From the NCBI GenBank assembly GCA_010015585.1, contig ML975155.1: 64,000 nt of DNA. One strand, written 5' to 3'. Positions 59,396 to 64,000 of the stretch are shown here, piece after piece (position 1 is the stretch's first letter; every line of letters begins with the position of its first letter). Below the pieces are notes generated by a model. It was not told where the DNA came from. It worked only from the letters and a program-made list of their open reading frames with translations, and did not search any database. Both the position numbers and the translations under genes were made by a program. The stretch comes from Eremomyces bilateralis CBS 781.70. Lineage: Eukaryota.

Positions 59396-62300
59396 ATGTC
59401 TTCCCAATCTTCAGCGGCTTCTTCTCAAGCCTCGCTTCAAAATACCATGAACCCCGACCCATCAGTTATTATTGGCATGGCTTGTCGTGTGCCTGGCGCG
59501 ACAACCCCCAGTAAGCTATGGGACAACATCGCTGAGAGGAGAGACCTCCAATCGAAGATGCCCGCCGATCGATTCAATGTCGATGCCTTTTTCCATCCCA
59601 ATGGAGCCCATAAGGGAACAGTCAGTATTGCCTACACCATAGACCTGACACAGCTACTGATCTTCACCAGATGAACGCCCGATATGGCTACTTCCTTGAA
59701 CAAGATCTCGGCATGTTCGATGCCGGTTTCTTTGGTATCTCTGGCAAAGAAGCCGAAGCCATGGATCCCCAGCAACGATTGCTTCTAGAGGTGGTGTACG
59801 AGGCATTGGAGAATGCTGGCATCACTCTGGATGAAATCAGTGGTTCCTTGACTTCGGTCTTCTGCGGCAGCTTTACCAACGACTACATGGCAACGACCGT
59901 CAAGGATCTTGAATACTACCCCCAATACTCGGTCACCGGAACCGGAAATTCCATTTTGAGCAATCGTATTTCTTATTTCTATAACCTTCATGGAGCGAGC
60001 GTCACGTGCGACACCGCATGTTCCTCTTCCCTCATTGCCCTCCACTGGGGCAATGGCACTCTTCAAAATCGAGAGGCCGACATTTCCATCGTCGTCGGCT
60101 CCGCCCTTCATTACGACATGAACATCTACCAGATGATGACGGACCTGAGCATGCTCAGCACCGACGGGCGCTCTCGTGCGTTTGATAACGGTGCGAGCGG
60201 CTATGTCCGTGGTGAAGGCATTTGCGCGACGGTGCTCAAGCGCCGGAGCGACGCGGTTGCCAGCGGCGATTCCATTCGTGCCATCGTGCGGGGCACCATG
60301 GCTAATCACGATGGTCGCAAGGCGGGCATTACCCTTCCCAATCCGATAGCGCAGGAACAGCTCATTCGGCATACCTATAAAATCGCTGGGCTGGACCCTG
60401 CAGACACCCAATATTTCGAAGCTCACGGTACCGGTACCAAGGCTGGTGACCCCCGTGAGACCTCTGCTATCGGAGCGGTCTTCGCTCCTAGCAGAGAAGA
60501 GCCTCTCTATGTTGGCTCCGTCAAGACCAATGTCGGCCATCTTGAGGGTGCTTCCGGCCTTGCCGGTATCATCAAGACTGTTATGGGACTTGAGAAGCGC
60601 AAGATCCCACCGAACATGCTCTTCAAGAACCCCAACCCGGAAATCAAGTTCGACGAGTGGAAGATCCGGGTGCCAACTTCAATGGTCGATTGGCCGGAGA
60701 AGAACGGTGTCCGCCGTGCTTCTATCAATTCGTTCGGCTACGGTGGTACAAACGCACACGTCATCCTGGAAGCTTACACGGAACCCGAAACCACCATTCC
60801 TCGTCAGATCTTGCCTGGAGCTCTGGCGTCTATGGTGGCTAGCCGTCCATATCTCATCCCGCTTACCTCCCACATTGAGAAAGCCGGCAAGCTCCATATC
60901 TCCGCTCTCACGGAATATCTTGATGCGCGCGAAGATGCCAACGTCGCCGATCTCGCATTCTCGCTCAGCAGCCGCCGCACCATGCACCCCTTCCGCTCAT
61001 TCGCGATTGGACACGACCGAGCATCAGTTACCAGCGATATGACCAACCCTCAACCCCTTGCCAAGTGGACGGCTGCCGAGTCTGGCCGAACCAGAATTGG
61101 TATGGTCTTCACCGGCCAGGGTGCTCAGCACTTTGCGATGGGCCGTGAACTCATCCAGAAGTCTCCGCTCTTCAAGCAGTCTCTCGAGAAGTGTGATACT
61201 GTCCTCCAAAGCCTGCCAGATGCGCCCAAGTGGTTAGTCATTGAGGAAATGACCAAGTCCAAGGAGGATTCCCGCGTCACCCAGACTGAATTCTCTCAGC
61301 CTCTGTGTACTGCTCTTCAGTTGGCTATCGTGGACCTCCTCAATTCTTGGGGCATCAAGCCGGCCGCCACCGTTGGACATTCATCCGGCGAAATGGCCGC
61401 GGCTTATGCTGCTGGTATCCTCACCTTTGAAGGTGCCATCATTGCTGCCTACTACCGTGGCCTCTACATGTCCAATACCTCTGCCAACACTGTTAAAGTT
61501 TCTGGTGGAATGATGGCTATCGGCCTGACCGAACCCCAGGCCAAGGCTGAACTGCAAGCGTTTGAGGGTCGCCTTGCCATTGCAGCAATCAACTCCCCTT
61601 CCAGCATCACCATTTCTGGTGATGAGGATGCCATCCTGGAACTCAAGAACACTCTTGTTGAACGCAAAGTCTTCGCTCGCCAGCTCCAGGTCGCTCAGGC
61701 TTTCCACTCTCACCACATGTTCCCGCTTGCCCCCGCTTACGAACGGGCATTGAACTCCTGCCCGCAATTTAAGCCGCAGCCCCCGACTTGCCGAATGTTT
61801 TCGTCTGTCACTGCTCGCTTGGCGGATTACACCCAAATGGGTGCGGCTTACTGGGCAGCAAACATGACTGGGACTGTCCGATTCTACGAAGCCTTGACTG
61901 GCATCTTGCTTAATGACAACGATGAGCAAAACGTCGATATCCTTCTCGAGATCGGAGCTCATGCTGCTCTCAAGGGTCCCTCTCGCCAGGGTGTCACCTC
62001 CTTGAAGCTGGATCTGCCATACCTCGGATCCCTCACTCGTGGTGTGCCGGACTATACTAGCCTTCTCCAATGCGCTGGCCAACTCTTCTCGCTCGGCTAT
62101 CCAGTGGACCTGGTTGCAGTCAACAAGGATCAGTACCTTTCTGATGGTGCTGTGGTCCAAGCAGACACCGGCAAGAAGCAGACCGACTTGCCAACCTACT
62201 CCTGGGACCACAACCGCTACTGGTGCGAAACTCGCTTCACCAAGGGACATCGCCTCCGACCATACCGCCATACCATCCTGGGTAGCCCCATCACCGGGTC

Positions 62301-64000
62301 CATTGATAACCGCCCTCGCTGGAGGAACTTCCTTCGCCCTGGCGAGATCCCGTGGCTCAATGAGCACGTTGTTGATGGCAAGATCATCTTCCCTGGTGCT
62401 GGCTACATCAGCATGGCCATCGAAGGTGCCCTTCGGTTGAAAGGCGGTGTTGAGAGCGTGAAGGCTATCCGCATGAAGGACATTATGGTCAAGTCTGCCC
62501 TAATCGTTAGCACTGCTGACATGGGTACCGAAGTCCTCCTTGAGATGAAGCCGGTCACTACGTCTGCGAAGAGTCGATCTGCTGAATGGTACGAATTCGG
62601 TGTCTATTCCTATGATGAGAATGAGCGCTGCTCTGAGCACTGCCATGGTCTCATTGCCGTTGATAAGGGCGCCGCCGCTCCAATTGCGCCGATCAAGAAT
62701 TATCCGGCGCTTGACGCTTTGCGTCTCGAGAGCAACCGCAGCCAGATGCCAAGTTCCTTCTATGCTCATTTGAATGACCTCGGATTGCAGTATGGTGAGA
62801 ACTTCCGTCTTGTCTCCGGCAATGTTGAGAGCGGCCCTGGATACGCTTATGGGCCCATCACCTACGATCCAACCGCTGTCCTCTCAGCAGAGGAGTTCGA
62901 CAAGACTGTTTTGCATCCATCGCTCCTCGATTCCACTTTCCACGTGATCTTTAGTGCGATCGAGAGCCGTTTGGGACGTGCTTTGGATGAGGCATACGTT
63001 CCGTCCTTCATCCGCAGCCTTGACATTTCTGGCTCCTTCGTCGACTCTGTCAGCGACCGCAGCACACAGGAGTTCAATATAGTCTCCTTCACTGAGCTGC
63101 CGACCCACCGCGTCGCCGTCAGCGACCTGGTTCTGACCCAGGGCGACCATCTCGCCCTTGAAATGCAAGGCCTTGAGGTCACTGCTTTGGGCACTGGTGT
63201 CAACGATGGCCAGGAGGGCCGCTCGCTGTTCTTCCGCCAACGCTGGCAGCCGTCCTTCGACTCACTCACCTCGTCTATAAACACTCCTTCTTTGCGATCT
63301 CTTGCCAGCGTCGTGGATGTTTTCGTGCACCAGCACCCTGACACTCGCATCTTGACCTTCTCCGCCAACTCCGAGCGCGTCACCGAAGTCCTCAAGTACC
63401 TTGGCACTGCTGCGCATGAGAGGCGACGATTCAAGTGCCTTGACATCGCTCAGTCATCTGCCAACGGTGATGCTGCGAAGTACGAAGAGATCAAAAACAA
63501 GAGCGGCGGCCTAGTTGATATCCGTGAGCCGAATACTGAAGAGCTTTACGACCTCGTCATTATCAGCGACGGGTCTGGTGTTGACCCGCTCCCGCATATG
63601 AAAGATAACGCTGTCGTCATCTACGATGGCGCCAACTTGCCGACCAACCCTGACCTCGAACAAGTCTTCTATAAGGACGGAATCCTTTCCGCTTACAGGC
63701 GCCCTCGCACTGCCGTGGCTCCTGGAGACTTGACTGTCATTGTGTCGTCCCTTCTCAGCAAGCGCGTTAGCTCGATCATCTCCGCCATAAAGACTAGCGC
63801 TCCAGCATCTGTCAACACCATGACCTTCGCTGAACTGTCCAAGAGCTCTCAGCCAATCACTAAGGATGCCATTGTCCTCTCCAGCTTCGATGAGGGCATT
63901 GACGACGCTGATACATTCGCTGGAATCAAGAAACTCCTGGGTGAGGTTCAGAAAAACGTCGTCTGGGTCACCGAAGGTGCGGTTATGGAGTCCTCCAATC
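59396..64000 (+). CDS. Highly reducing iterative type I polyketide synthase (KS-AT-DH-pseudoMT-...), 3' end outside window
   Basis: Intron at 59621-59670, then an open frame to the window end. [62 protein letters not shown]. Degenerate MT-like segment near 63330. Confidence 0.95.

Overview
Genomic DNA from a filamentous ascomycete, judged from short GT-AG introns with CTRAY branch sites and from HET, Zn2Cys6 and iterative PKS genes. The window has three zones. (1) 1-8.1 kb is accessory: a HET-domain gene with three different DNA transposons stacked end to end in its promoter (an intact hAT, a Fot1/pogo with one nonsense codon, and a Tc1/impala-type element spanning an assembly gap). All TIRs and TSDs are readable, so the empty site and part of the insertion order can be reconstructed. 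(2) 8.7-40 kb is mostly housekeeping: MFS transporter, O-methyltransferase, peroxisomal SDR, ARP1, a Par32-like GRGGAGN-repeat protein, OTU2, GPI15/PIG-H, DEG1/PUS3, a ~2500-aa disordered acidic protein, BCKDH E1-beta and MAM3/CNNM, plus a degenerate tRNA-like element. (3) 41-64 kb is the left part of a probable secondary-metabolite cluster: Zn2Cys6 TF, a secreted pepsin-fold protein with non-canonical catalytic motifs, a free-standing thioesterase, a secreted BBE-like FAD oxidase, an AflR-like TF, an FAD monooxygenase and a highly reducing PKS that runs off the window. The most promising novel system is this cluster, especially the atypical pepsin-fold protein/thioesterase/oxidase module. All calls come from motif reading by eye; no database searches were run.
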